Assembly: GCA_963847265.1 (NCBI GenBank)
Contig: CAWJZE010000001.1
Location: 1,545,056-1,569,055 of the forward strand
Source: an uncultured beta proteobacterium
GTDB taxonomy: Bacteria; Pseudomonadota; Gammaproteobacteria; Burkholderiales; Burkholderiaceae_C
Reading direction: 5' to 3'
DNA: 24,000 nucleotides
The notes under the pieces are model-generated. The model ran no database searches, was not told the origin of the DNA, and worked only from the letters and a program-made list of their open reading frames with translations. Positions 1 through 10,713 of the stretch are shown piece by piece. The position numbers were made by a program, and so were the translations under genes. Every line of letters begins with the position of its first letter. Positions within the stretch are counted from its first letter, which is position 1.

Positions 1-2
1 AG

Positions 3-2519
3 CAAGAGCACCTGTGGGAGCCCAAGGGCGCGGCGCAGCTGATGCAGGTGCAGGGCGGCCTGCGCGCCGACGGGAGCGTGGCCTACGACTTCGAGACCTC
101 GTACCCGTCCAACGGCGCGCCGACGCTGGCGCTGCTGCTCACGCGCACCGTCGAGCCGGTGGCGCAGGCCTTCGAGATGGGCGACCGCACCGCGCGCCCG
201 CCCTACGCCTTCGAGAACCTGCGCGTCAAGGTCAACGACATGGCGCCGATCGTGCGCGCCTCCTGGCTGCGTGGCGTCTCGGCGCTGCCCAACGCATTCG
301 CGCACGAGTCGTACATCGACGAGCTGGCGACGGCCGCTGGCGTCGATCCGGTCGAGTTCCGCCTGCGTTACCTGCACGACCCGCGCGCGGCCGAGCTGGT
401 GCGGGCCACGGCGCACAAGGCCGGCTGGCGCGCGCGCACCGGGCCGCAGCAGAACGCCGACGGCGGGCTCGGGCCGGGCGGCGACATCCTGTTCGGCCAG
501 GGCTTCGCCTACGCGCGCTACGTCCACAGCAAGTGGCCCGGCTTCGGCGCCGCCTGGGCCGCCTGGGTGGCCGACGTGGAGGTCAACCGCCGGACCGGCG
601 AGGTGCACGTGCGCCGCGTGGTGGTCGGCCACGACGCCGGGCTGCTGGTCAACCCGGCCGGGGTCGAGCACCAGGTGCACGGCAACGTCTTGCAGACCAC
701 CAGCCGCGCGCTCAAGGAAAAGGTGCGCTTCGCCCCGCCGGCGGTGAACGGCGAGGCGCCGCGCCCCGGGGTTCCGGCGTCCGGCGTGGTCGCGAGCCGC
801 GAATGGGGGAGTTACCCGATCCTGAGCTTCCGCGAGGTGCCGGTGGTCGAGGTCATGCACATGCCGCGCTCCGGCGAGGCGCCGCTGGGCGTGGGCGAGT
901 CGTCCTCGGTGCCGGGCACGGCGGCGATCGCCAACGCGATCTTCGACGCCACCGGGGTGCGCTTCCGCGCGCCGCCGTTCACGCCCGAGGTGGTGCGGGC
1001 GGCGCTGCATCCGCTGGCGGCGCCGGAGGCTGGGGCAGGCGAAGCGGTGGCCCCGGACGGCGCCGGCAAACATGCTTTCCTGCCTTCGCCTCAAGCGGGA
1101 GGAGGCGAGGCGCCCGCGGCACCAAGGGTCGGCGCCGACGGGGCGGAACGGGGCAAGGCCTTCGATGACGAGAGTCGCCGCATCCCCGCCGACGCGCCCT
1201 GGCCGCGCCGGCGCGGCCTGTGGGCCGGCGCGGCGGCGCTGCTGGCCGGCGGCGTCGGCGTCGTCGCCGGCCTGCTCGGCTGGCGCCCCGCCATCGCGCC
1301 CGTTTCGCTGAGCGCACCGGTCTACAGCGCCGAGGCCGTCGAGCGCGGCCGGGTGCTCGCCGCTCTAGGCGACTGCGCCGTCTGCCACACGGCGCCCGGC
1401 GGCGCCGCGAACGCCGGTGGCCGCGCCATGGAAACGCCCTTCGGCACGCTCTACACCACCAACCTCACACCCGACGCCGACACGGGCCTGGGCCGCTGGT
1501 CGTTCAGCGCCTTCCAGCGCGCCATGCGCGAGGGCGTCTCGCGCGACGGCCGCCACCTCTACCCGGCGTTCCCGTACACGGCATTTGCCAAGACCAGCGA
1601 CGACGACCTGCAGGCGCTCTACGCCTACTTCATGACGCTGCCGCCGGTGCGCGCCGAGACGCCCGCGGCGCAACTGAAATTTCCCTTCGGCCTGCGCCCG
1701 CTCATGGCCGGCTGGAACGCGCTGTTCCACGATCCGGCGCCCTGGCAACCGGTCGCGGCGCAAGGCGCCGAGTGGAACCGCGGCGCCTACCTGGTCAACG
1801 GCCTGGGCCACTGCGGCGCCTGCCACACGCCGCGCAACGCGCTCGGCGCCGAGCGGGGCGGCAGCGCCTTCCTGGCGGGTGCGATGGTCGAGGGCTGGGA
1901 GGCGCCCGCGCTCACCGGCCTCTCGAAGGCCGCCGTGCCGTGGAACGCCGACGAGCTCTACCGCTACCTGCGCAGCGGCCACACGCGCCAGCACGGCATC
2001 GCCGGCGGGCCGATGGCCGACGTGGTGCGCGAGCTGGCGACGGTGTCCGACGCCGACATTCGCGCGATGGCCACCTATCTCGCGTCGTTCAACCCGGACC
2101 CGCCGCCGGCCGACGCGCAGTCGCAGGCCCGGCACGCCGTCGCCGCGGCGGCCGCCGGACCGGCAACCCCGCTGCCCGGCGCCGCGCAGCGCCTGTTCGA
2201 CGGCGCCTGCGCCGCCTGCCACCACGACGGCGACGGCCCGACGCTCCTGGGCGTCAACGCGCCGCTCGCGCTCAACAGCAACCTGACCAGCGCACGCCCC
2301 GACAACCTGCTGCGCACCATCCTCGACGGCGTGCAGGAGCCCGCCTCGCGCGACCTCGGCTTCATGCCCGCCTTTCGCGACGCGCTCGACGACGCGCAGA
2401 TCGCGCAACTCGCCGGCTATATGCGCGCGCGCTTCGCCCCGCGAGAGCCGGCATGGCGGGACCTGCCGGCCGAGGTGGCGCGCTTGCGCGCGAGCGGTGT
2501 AAAAACGGCCTCGCACTGA
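3..2519 (+). CDS. 5'-truncated molybdopterin-binding oxidoreductase large subunit (IorB / aldehyde-oxidase family) continuing in frame into a TM-anchored tri-haem cytochrome c domain
   Basis: The frame is open from the window edge (codons from nt 3: QEHLWEPKGAAQLMQ...), so the listed Met at 42 is not the start. The N-part ends with a typical family C-terminus (GVGESSSVPGTAAIANAIFDATGVRFRAPPFTPEVV). A linker with no in-frame stop follows, then a hydrophobic helix (PWPRRRGLWAGAAALLAGGVGVVAGLLGW). Three CXXCH haem motifs follow: CAVCH 1374..1388, CGACH 1812..1826, CAACH 2208..2222. Stop at 2517..2519. Confidence 0.75.
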   Translation, partial: QEHLWEPKGAAQLMQVQGGLRADGSVAYDFETSYPSNGAPTLALLLTRTVEPVAQAFEMGDRTARPPYAFENLRVKVNDMAPIVRASWLRGVSALPNAFAHESYIDELATAAGVDPVEFRLRYLHDPRAAELVRATAHKAGWRARTGPQQNADGGLGPGGDILFGQGFAYARYVHSKWPGFGAAWAAWVADVEVNRRTGEVHVRRVVVGHDAGLLVNPAGVEHQVHGNVLQTTSRALKEKVRFAPPAVNGEAPRPGVPASGVVASREWGSYPILSFREVPVVEVMHMPRSGEAPLGVGESSSVPGTAAIANAIFDATGVRFRAPPFTPEVVRAALHPLAAPEAGAGEAVAPDGAGKHAFLPSPQAGGGEAPAAPRVGADGAERGKAFDDESRRIPADAPWPRRRGLWAGAAALLAGGVGVVAGLLGWRPAIAPVSLSAPVYSAEAVERGRVLAALGDCAVCHTAPGGAANAGGRAMETPFGTLYTTNLTPDADTGLGRWSFSAFQRAMREGVSRDGRHLYPAFPYTAFAKTSDDDLQALYAYFMTLPPVRAETPAAQLKFPFGLRPLMAGWNALFHDPAPWQPVAAQGAEWNRGAYLVNGLGHCGACHTPRNALGAERGGSAFLAGAMVEGWEAPALTGLSKAAVPWNADELYRYLRSGHTRQHGIAGGPMADVVRELATVSDADIRAMATYLASFNPDPPPADAQSQARHAVAAAAAGPATPLPGAAQRLFDGACAACHHDGDGPTLLGVNAPLALNSNLTSARPDNLLRTILDGVQEPASRDLGFMPAFRDALDDAQIAQLAGYMRARFAPREPAWRDLPAEVARLRASGVKTASH

Positions 2520-2529
2520 CGCGTTTGAC

Positions 2530-2589
2530 AAGGAAAAAGGGCTCCAGCGCCCGTGGGATAAGGGAGCATAGCTATCGTTTTGATAGCGA
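2530..2589. repeat. Intergenic repeat, copy 1 of 2, ending in the hairpin GCTATC-N5-GATAGC
   Basis: aaggaaaaagggctccagcgcccgtgggataagggagcatagctatcgttttgatagcga. It shares its ends (aag..aaaaagg.c ... cat..gctat...tt.gatagcga) and its length (60 vs 61 nt) with 22101..22161. Both copies lie just 3' of a plus-strand stop codon. Confidence 0.35.
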
Positions 2590-2614
2590 ACGGGGTTTGC
2601 GACCCAAGACAGGC

Positions 2615-2830
2615 CTACCGCTCACACGCGGAGGCACCGGCGTGCGTCAATTCCTGCCGGATCGCGGCCTGCAACAGGTGGCGTGCCGTCCGGGCCCGCG
2701 CGGGGTCGTGTCCATGCTCGCGCCTGCAACGCAGGCAATGGTCCACCCAGATCATCAGGCGGGCCGCGGCCGCCTCCAGTTCGAGCGCGTTCATGCCAGG
2801 GCCATGGGAAGTGGGGTGTGGGTCGGTCAT
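2615..2830 (-). CDS. Hypothetical small protein (about 71 aa; alternative starts at 2794 or 2878)
   Basis: This is the only ORF in the 575-bp gap with high third-position GC (ATG AAC GCG CTC GAA CTG GAG GCG GCC GCG GCC CGC CTG ...). I recognise no family and see no clear Shine-Dalgarno sequence. Confidence 0.3.
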   Translation of the reverse strand: MTDPHPTSHGPGMNALELEAAAARLMIWVDHCLRCRREHGHDPARARTARHLLQAAIRQELTHAGASACER

Positions 2831-2869
2831 CGGCCCATTGTTGGGGAAACCCCTCTCGTCAGACAGCCA

Positions 2870-2943
2870 CTTTGTCACGCTCCCGCTCCGCGAGACGGGG
2901 CAAGCCCCAGCAAGTTGCAGGGAGCGTGAGCTTTGTCACGCTC
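2870..2943. repeat. 13-bp perfect direct repeat CTTTGTCACGCTC (2870..2882 and 2931..2943) upstream of the serine hydrolase gene
   Basis: Read directly from the sequence, start-to-start spacing 61 bp. The second copy is embedded in CGTGAGCTTTGTCACG, which has 5-bp inverted ends (CGTGA/TCACG). Function is unknown; it may be a regulator binding site. Confidence 0.5.
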
Positions 2944-3094
2944 GGCAGAGGGCTTCACATCAGCCCGCCGCGGGCCGGCGACGGGTGGCCCCTCAGGGCA
3001 GGACTCGCCAGTGCGCGAGGGTGCGTTGCAGCTTCGTGGCGCCGGATGGCCGCAAAATGCCCGGACCGAACCACTGGATACGAAAGAGACGACG

Positions 3095-4315
3095 ATGACA
3101 ACCCAACCCGAATCCCTGGGGATGTGCTCCCGGCGCCTGGCGCGCATCGACCGCTTCCTGGCCGAGCGCTACGTCGCGCCGGGCCGGCTGCCCTGCGCGC
3201 TGCTGCAGGTGGCGCGCGAGGGCCAGCTCGTGCACCAGACGGTGCTGGGCCAGGCCTCGCTCGAAACCGGCGCGCCGCTGGCCGAGGACAGCATCGTGCG
3301 CATCTACTCGATGACCAAGCCCATCACCAGCGTCGCCTTCATGATGCTGGTCGAGGAGGGGCGGGTGGCGCTCGACGACCCGGTGCACCGCTTCATCCCG
3401 GCCTGGCGCGACCTGGGCGTGTACCAGGCCGGCGTGCCCGGGGGCTTCCAGACCCGGCCCACCGAGCAGCCGATGCGCATGATCGACCTGCTGCGGCACA
3501 CCTCCGGCCTGACCTACGGCTTCCAGATGCGCACCAACGTCGATGCCGCCTACCGCGCCGGCAGGGTCGAGCCCTTCGAGCAGGCCGAGGGGCTCGACGG
3601 CTTCATCGACGGGCTGTCGAAGCTGCCGCTCGAGTTCTCGCCCGGCACCGCCTGGAACTACTCGGTCTCGACCGACGTGCTGGGCTACCTGGTCGGCAAG
3701 ATCTCGGGCGTTCCCTTCGACGAGTTCCTGCGCCAGCGCATCTTCCAGCCCCTGGGCATGACGGACACGGCCTTTCACGTGCCCGAGGACAAGGCCGGGC
3801 GACTGGCCGAGTGCTACCTGCAGTCGCCCTCGGGCCGCCTGGTGCCGGCAGGCGGGCCCAGCTTCCGCGCGCCGCCGGCAGCGCCTTCGGGCGGCGGCGG
3901 CCTGGTCTCCACCGCCGGCGACTACATGCGCTTCTGCGAGGCGATGCGCCAGGGCGGCGCCCTGGGCGACGTGCGGCTGCTGGGGCCCAAGACGGTCCGG
4001 CTCATGCGCGCCAACCACCTGCCCGGCCAGGGCGACCTGGCGGACCTGTCGGTGTCGCTGTTCTCCGAGGCCACCTACCGCGGCGTCGGCTTCGGCCTGG
4101 GCTTCGCCATGACGACCGACGTCGCCAAGACCGGCATCGCCGGCTCCGTCGGCGAATACTGGTGGGGCGGCATGGCCTCCACCGCCTTCTGGATCGACCC
4201 CGTGGAGGACGTGTGCGTGGTGTTCCTCACGCAATTCATCCCATCGAGCACGTACCCGATCCGGCGCGAGCTGCGCACCATGGTCAACGCCGCGATCATC
4301 GATTCGAAAGCCTGA
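3095..4315 (+). CDS. Beta-lactamase-fold serine hydrolase (family VIII carboxylesterase / EstB-like)
   Basis: Starts MTTQPESLGM after gaaagagacgacgATG. Carries the S-x-x-K motif (IYSMTKPITS), a Tyr motif (WNYSVSTDVLG), and WGG in place of KTG (EYWWGGMASTAFWIDP), as in family VIII esterases. About 406 aa. The longer listed ORF from 2933 is probably an upstream extension. Confidence 0.85.
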   Translation: MTTQPESLGMCSRRLARIDRFLAERYVAPGRLPCALLQVAREGQLVHQTVLGQASLETGAPLAEDSIVRIYSMTKPITSVAFMMLVEEGRVALDDPVHRFIPAWRDLGVYQAGVPGGFQTRPTEQPMRMIDLLRHTSGLTYGFQMRTNVDAAYRAGRVEPFEQAEGLDGFIDGLSKLPLEFSPGTAWNYSVSTDVLGYLVGKISGVPFDEFLRQRIFQPLGMTDTAFHVPEDKAGRLAECYLQSPSGRLVPAGGPSFRAPPAAPSGGGGLVSTAGDYMRFCEAMRQGGALGDVRLLGPKTVRLMRANHLPGQGDLADLSVSLFSEATYRGVGFGLGFAMTTDVAKTGIAGSVGEYWWGGMASTAFWIDPVEDVCVVFLTQFIPSSTYPIRRELRTMVNAAIIDSKA

Positions 4316-4432
4316 GCGAGGGCGCTGCTCCGGCGGTCCGCGCAAAGACGGTCCGACGGCCGCTGTGGGTGCCGGAGCCGCTGCCGGACGGTGTCGTCGA
4401 AGCCGGTGCGGCTCCCGGAGCAGGGGGCCGCG

Positions 4433-6511
<2,079 letters not shown>

Positions 6512-6584
6512 GTCAATGGCTCCTTCGCGGGTGCGTCCTTCGACGCAGGAAACAGCCGGCAAGCGAAGCGATGCCCTTTCGTGA

Positions 6585-6671
6585 AACACCGCGGAACCGG
6601 CTTTGCCGGGCCGCCGGTGTTGCCCCCGGCGAGGGGGTGGGCGGCCACACGCAGTGGGCAAGCCTGGGGGT
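6585..6671 (-). repeat. Intercistronic three-hairpin repeat, copy A (between livF and paaZ)
   Basis: aacaccgcggaaccggctttgccgggccgccggtgttgcccccggcgagggggtgggcggccacacgcagtgggcaagcctgggggt. By hand alignment it is roughly 85-90% identical to 7511..7600 and 10623..10713. In the transcribed sense it begins 3 nt after the livF stop codon (6675..6677). Confidence 0.8.
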
Positions 6672-6674
6672 GGC

Positions 6675-7400
6675 CTACTTTTTTCCGATCCCGAGGTAGG
6701 TGTCGATGATCCGCCGGTCGTGCAGCAACTCGCGCGCCGGGCCACTGAGTGCGACGGCGCCCATCTCCAGCACGTAGCCGCGGTCGGCCACCTGCAGCGC
6801 GGCGCGGGCGTTCTGCTCGACCAGCAGCACCGAGACGCCGTGCTGGCGCAAGGACGACACCACCTGCAGCACCTCGCGCACGATCAGCGGCGCCAGGCCG
6901 AGCGAGGGCTCGTCGAGCATCAGCAGGCGTGGGCGCGCCATCAGCGCGCGGCCGATCGCCAGCATCTGGCGCTCGCCGCCCGACAGCGTCGAGGCCAGCT
7001 GCGCGCGGCGCTCGCGCAGGCGCGGGAAGATCTGGAACACCTCGTCCATGCGCGCGCGCTGGTCGCGCTGGCCCTTGCGCCAGCGGTAGAAGCCGCCCAG
7101 CAGCAGGTTGTCCTCCACCGGCATGTCGCCGAACAGCTCGCGCTTCTCGGGCACCAGCGCCACGCCGCGCGCCACCATGGTCTCGACGCTCGGGCGCGCG
7201 ACGCGCTCGCCCGCCAGCGTGGCGACGCCGCGCGAGGGCAGCAGGCCCATGGCGGCGCACAGCAGCGTGGTCTTGCCCGCGCCGTTGGGGCCGATCACGG
7301 TGACGATCTCGCCTTCGGCGACGTCGAGCGCCACCTGGTGCACGGCCTCGACTGCGCCGTAGGAAACGCAGAAGTCTTCCAGCTTGAGCAAAGGAGTCAC
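6675..7400 (-). CDS. livF: Branched-chain-amino-acid-type ABC transporter ATP-binding protein (LivF class)
   Basis: [45 protein letters not shown] (Walker A), LSGGERQMLAIGRAL (signature), LLMLDEPSLGLAP (Walker B). Apparent GTG start at 7400. Confidence 0.9.
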   Translation of the reverse strand: MTPLLKLEDFCVSYGAVEAVHQVALDVAEGEIVTVIGPNGAGKTTLLCAAMGLLPSRGVATLAGERVARPSVETMVARGVALVPEKRELFGDMPVEDNLLLGGFYRWRKGQRDQRARMDEVFQIFPRLRERRAQLASTLSGGERQMLAIGRALMARPRLLMLDEPSLGLAPLIVREVLQVVSSLRQHGVSVLLVEQNARAALQVADRGYVLEMGAVALSGPARELLHDRRIIDTYLGIGKK

Positions 7401-7510
7401 AGAAGCCTCGCAGGCAGAGTGTCGATTTCACATGAACCGCCGCGCACCGCCGATCGCCGTCGAACCACGCTTTGCCCGCATGCCATGAAACACATGCGCC
7501 TCCTTCGGGA

Positions 7511-7600
7511 AACACCGCGGAACCGGCTTTGCCGGGCCGCTGGTGTTGCCCTCGGTGAGGGGGTGGGCGAAGCGACACGAAGTGCGCGCAGCCTGGGGGT
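7511..7600 (-). repeat. Intercistronic three-hairpin repeat, copy B (between livM::livG and livF)
   Basis: aacaccgcggaaccggctttgccgggccgctggtgttgccctcggtgagggggtgggcgaagcgacacgaagtgcgcgcagcctgggggt. In the transcribed sense it begins 5 nt after the livM::livG stop codon (7606..7608). Confidence 0.8.
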
Positions 7601-7605
7601 GAGCC

Positions 7606-9501
7606 TCATTCCACGCCTCCCAGGTAGGCGTCGAGGACCCGCTGGTTGGCCTGCACCTCGGCCGGCGTGCCCTCGGCGATCACGGTGCCGAATTCGAGCA
7701 CGGTGATGCGGTCGGCCAGGTTCATGACGAACTCCATGTCGTGCTCCACCACCAGGATGCCCAGCCCCTCGGCGCGCAGCTGGCCGAGCAGCGCAGCCAG
7801 CGCGCCCTTCTCCAAGTGGCGCAGACCGGCGGCCGGCTCGTCGAGCAGCAGCACGGCCGGCTGCCCGGCCAGCGCGCGCGCGATCTCGACGATGCGCTGC
7901 TGGCCCAGCGCCAGCGACGCGGCGGGCGCGTCGGCATGCGCGCCGAGGCCGACGCGCTCGATCTGGCGGCGCGCCTCGGCCAGCAGGGCCGCTTCCTCGC
8001 CGCGGTCGAGCCGCAGCATCGAGGCGATCCAGCCGCGGTGCGCGCGGCGGTGCGCGCCGAGCGCCACGTTCTCGACCACGCTGCGCTGCCCCAGGAGCCG
8101 CACGTGCTGGAAGGTGCGGCCCAGCCCGAGCGCGGCGAAGGCGCGCGAGGGGCGGTTCTGCATCGGCTGGTCCATCAGCCGCACCTCGCCCGCGCTGGTG
8201 TCGTCCACCCCCGAGATCATGTTAAAGAAGGTGCTCTTGCCGGCGCCGTTGGGCCCGATCAGCGCGTGCACCTCGCCCGCCTTGACGTTCAGGGTGACGG
8301 CGTTGTTGGCGACCAGCCCGCCGAAGCGCTTGGTCACGGCGTCGGCCTGCAGCAGCACCCGGCCCGCGGGCGGCAGCGCGCGCTGCGCCAGCGCGGCGCT
8401 GGCCTTTCGGGCCGCGCGCACCGGGGCGGGGCGCAGCAGGGGCGCGCTCCAGCGCTGCAGCGTCGGCCACAGCCCGGCGGCGAAGCGCTGCAGCACCACC
8501 AGCATCAGGAGGCCGAACACGATCACCTCGAAGTTGCCGCTGGTGCCCAGCAGCGCCGGCAGGATGTCCTGCAGCTTCTCCTTCAGCAGCGTGATCAGCG
8601 TGGCGCCCAGCACCGCGCCCCACAGGTGGCCGGCGCCGCCGACCACCGCCATGAACAGGTACTCGATGCCGATGTTGAGGTTGAAGGGCGTCGGGTTGAT
8701 GAAGCGCTGCAGGTGCGCGTAGAGCCAGCCCGAGAGCGCCGCCAGCAGCGCCGCCAGCACGAACAGCTTGACGCGGTAGCGCGCGGTGTCCACGCCCATC
8801 GATTCGGCCATGACGCGGCCGCCGCGCAGCGCGCGGATGGCGCGCCCCTCGCGCGAGTCGAGCAGGTTGTGCAGCAGCCACAGCGCCATGAACAGCACCG
8901 CCCAGATGACGACGCCGAGCGCGCGCGCCGAGGTCAGCGACCAGCCCGCGACGACCAGCGGCGGCACGCCGGTGATGCCGGTCTGCCCGCCCAGGAAGTC
9001 CATGTTGCCGAACAGGTAGTACAGGCTCAGGCCCCAGGCGATGGTGGCGAGCGGCAGGTAGTGGCCCGAGAGCTTGACCGTCACGGCGCCCAGCACCCAG
9101 GCGATGGCGAAGGTCAGCGCCAGCCCGAGCGCCAGCCCGACCCAGGGCAGCCCGGCCGGGCCGACCCAGCCGCCGAGCGCGGCGACCGGCCCCGGCGCGG
9201 TGCAGACCCACGCCGTGGCGTAGGCGCCGACGCCGACAAAGGCGGCCTGCCCGAAGGAGGTCATGCCGCCGACGCCGGTGAGCATCACCAGCCCGGCCGC
9301 GACCAGCGCGTACAGCCCGATGTAGCTCATCACGATGACGGTGAACTCCGGCAGCCATGGCCAGGCCAGCGCCAGCGCCGCGACGGCGGCGAGCGTGAGC
9401 TGGCGGCGCGTCAGCAGGCCACGCGGCGTGGCTGCGGCCTCGGCGGGCGGGGCCGCGGCGCGGTCGCCGGGGGCCAGGGTGCGATCGACGGGCGCGCTCA
9501 T
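7606..9501 (-). CDS. Fused ABC transporter permease (LivM-like) and ATP-binding protein (LivG-like)
   Basis: The N-terminal ~360 aa is polytopic membrane sequence (…[17 protein letters not shown]…[33 protein letters not shown]…). The C-terminal half is an ABC ATPase ([49 protein letters not shown]; Walker A about 8230..8256; [10 protein letters not shown]). The start ATG at 9501 overlaps the livH stop as ATGA (9498..9501), so I prefer it to the listed 9546. Confidence 0.85.
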   Translation of the reverse strand: MSAPVDRTLAPGDRAAAPPAEAAATPRGLLTRRQLTLAAVAALALAWPWLPEFTVIVMSYIGLYALVAAGLVMLTGVGGMTSFGQAAFVGVGAYATAWVCTAPGPVAALGGWVGPAGLPWVGLALGLALTFAIAWVLGAVTVKLSGHYLPLATIAWGLSLYYLFGNMDFLGGQTGITGVPPLVVAGWSLTSARALGVVIWAVLFMALWLLHNLLDSREGRAIRALRGGRVMAESMGVDTARYRVKLFVLAALLAALSGWLYAHLQRFINPTPFNLNIGIEYLFMAVVGGAGHLWGAVLGATLITLLKEKLQDILPALLGTSGNFEVIVFGLLMLVVLQRFAAGLWPTLQRWSAPLLRPAPVRAARKASAALAQRALPPAGRVLLQADAVTKRFGGLVANNAVTLNVKAGEVHALIGPNGAGKSTFFNMISGVDDTSAGEVRLMDQPMQNRPSRAFAALGLGRTFQHVRLLGQRSVVENVALGAHRRAHRGWIASMLRLDRGEEAALLAEARRQIERVGLGAHADAPAASLALGQQRIVEIARALAGQPAVLLLDEPAAGLRHLEKGALAALLGQLRAEGLGILVVEHDMEFVMNLADRITVLEFGTVIAEGTPAEVQANQRVLDAYLGGVE

Positions 9502-10529
9502 TCCTCGTCCTCCTCGACGTGGTGGCTGCGCAGCGACCGCCACCACAGCACCGGGATGATCAGCGTGAACACCAGCACCTCCTTAAAAGCGCTGGCCCAG
9601 AAGGACGAGAACGATTCGAGCTGGCCGACCAGCAGCGCGCCGGCCAGCGCCGCCGGGTAGCTCGCCAGCCCGCCGACGATGGCCGCGACGAAGCCCTTCA
9701 GGCCGATCAGGAAGCCGGTGTCGTAGTACACGGTGGTGAGCGGCGCGATCAAGAGGCCCGAGACGGCCCCGATCAACGCCGCCAGCGCGAAGCTGAGGTC
9801 GCCCGAGAGCTCCGTCGGGATGCCCATCAGCCGGGCGCCGACGCGGTTCATGGCGGTGGCGCGCAGCGCCTTGCCGACCATCGAGCGCTCGAAGAACAGG
9901 AACAGCAGCGCCACCAGCGCGAGCGTGACGCCCAGCACCACCAGCGACTGGCCCGTCACCGGCAGGCCGCCCAGGTCGAAGCGCGCGTCGGAGAACGCCG
10001 GCGTGCGCGAGCCCTCGGCGCCGAAGAACAAGAGCCCCAGCCCGACCAGCACCCCGTGCAGCGCGACCGAGACGATCAGGAGGATCAGCACGCTGGCGTT
10101 GGCCAGCGGCCGGAACGCGAGGCGGTAGAGCAGCGGCCCGAGCGGCGTGATGAGCACCACGGTGGCGAGCGCCTGGCCGGCCAGCGAGGCCGGGCGCCAG
10201 CCGAGCACCAGCGCGCAGGCCGCGAGCGGCAGCGCCACGCACCAGGCGAGCGCGGCGGGCCAGTCCACGGTCGCGCCGCGCTTCCAGCGCCAGGCCTCGA
10301 CCAGCAGGGCCAGGCACGCCAGCACCAGCAGCAGCCACAGCGTGGCGGGCACGCGGCCGGCCTGCAGCATCGCCATCGACAGCGCGCCGAAGGTGACGAA
10401 CTCGCCCTGCGGGATGAAGATGACGCGGGTGACCGAAAACACCAGCACCAGCGCCACGGCCATCAGCCCGTAGACCGCCCCGTTGACGATGCCGTCCTGC
10501 CCCAGCAGCAGGGCGATCTGTGAATCCAT
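9498..10529 (-). CDS. livH: ABC transporter permease (LivH class)
   Basis: [50 protein letters not shown]… is a typical LivH N-terminus, and the protein is polytopic throughout. The acidic tail HHVEEDEE ends at TGA 9498..9500. Confidence 0.9.
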   Translation of the reverse strand: MDSQIALLLGQDGIVNGAVYGLMAVALVLVFSVTRVIFIPQGEFVTFGALSMAMLQAGRVPATLWLLLVLACLALLVEAWRWKRGATVDWPAALAWCVALPLAACALVLGWRPASLAGQALATVVLITPLGPLLYRLAFRPLANASVLILLIVSVALHGVLVGLGLLFFGAEGSRTPAFSDARFDLGGLPVTGQSLVVLGVTLALVALLFLFFERSMVGKALRATAMNRVGARLMGIPTELSGDLSFALAALIGAVSGLLIAPLTTVYYDTGFLIGLKGFVAAIVGGLASYPAALAGALLVGQLESFSSFWASAFKEVLVFTLIIPVLWWRSLRSHHVEEDEE

Positions 10530-10622
10530 GGCGAACCTTTTGTTCGGGCCAGGCCCGTTTCATTCCAAGTCAGCAGCTCAACCTCACCTCACCTGACGCC
10601 CACCGCGCTGTCCCCTTCCAGG

Positions 10623-10713
10623 AACACCGCGGATCCGGCTCCGCCGGGCCGCTGGTGTTGCCCCCTGCAAGGGGGTGGGCGAAAGCGACACGCAGTGCGC
10701 GAAGCCTGGGGGT
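10623..10713 (-). repeat. Intercistronic three-hairpin repeat, copy C (between the SBP gene and livH)
   Basis: aacaccgcggatccggctccgccgggccgctggtgttgccccctgcaagggggtgggcgaaagcgacacgcagtgcgcgaagcctgggggt. Its last base is the first base of the SBP stop codon complement (tta 10713..10715). Confidence 0.8.

Noticed and set aside
4316-4432. Possible bidirectional terminator between the convergent hydrolase gene and paaZ (inverted repeats GCTCCGGC…GCCGGAGC and CCGGAGCCGC…GCGGCTCCCGG)
   Set aside because: The arms are separated by loops of about 26-28 nt and are not followed by T/U tracts on either strand. This is too weak to call an intrinsic terminator.
6603-10563. Long ORFs overlapping the transporter genes: 6508..7578 -, 6603..7706 +, 7646..8722 +, 7741..9660 +, 8222..9358 -, 9519..10523 +, 9583..10563 -
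   Set aside because: The same reasoning applies. They are shadow frames of livF, livM::livG and livH, which have Walker motifs or clear polytopic membrane character.
6585-10713. Three similar ~90-bp repeats as a possible CRISPR array or MITE
   Set aside because: Spacing is irregular (about 0.9 kb and 3.1 kb) and the 'spacers' are intact genes. The repeats are far longer than CRISPR repeats, and no cas genes are present. There are no terminal inverted repeats or target-site duplications to suggest a MITE.
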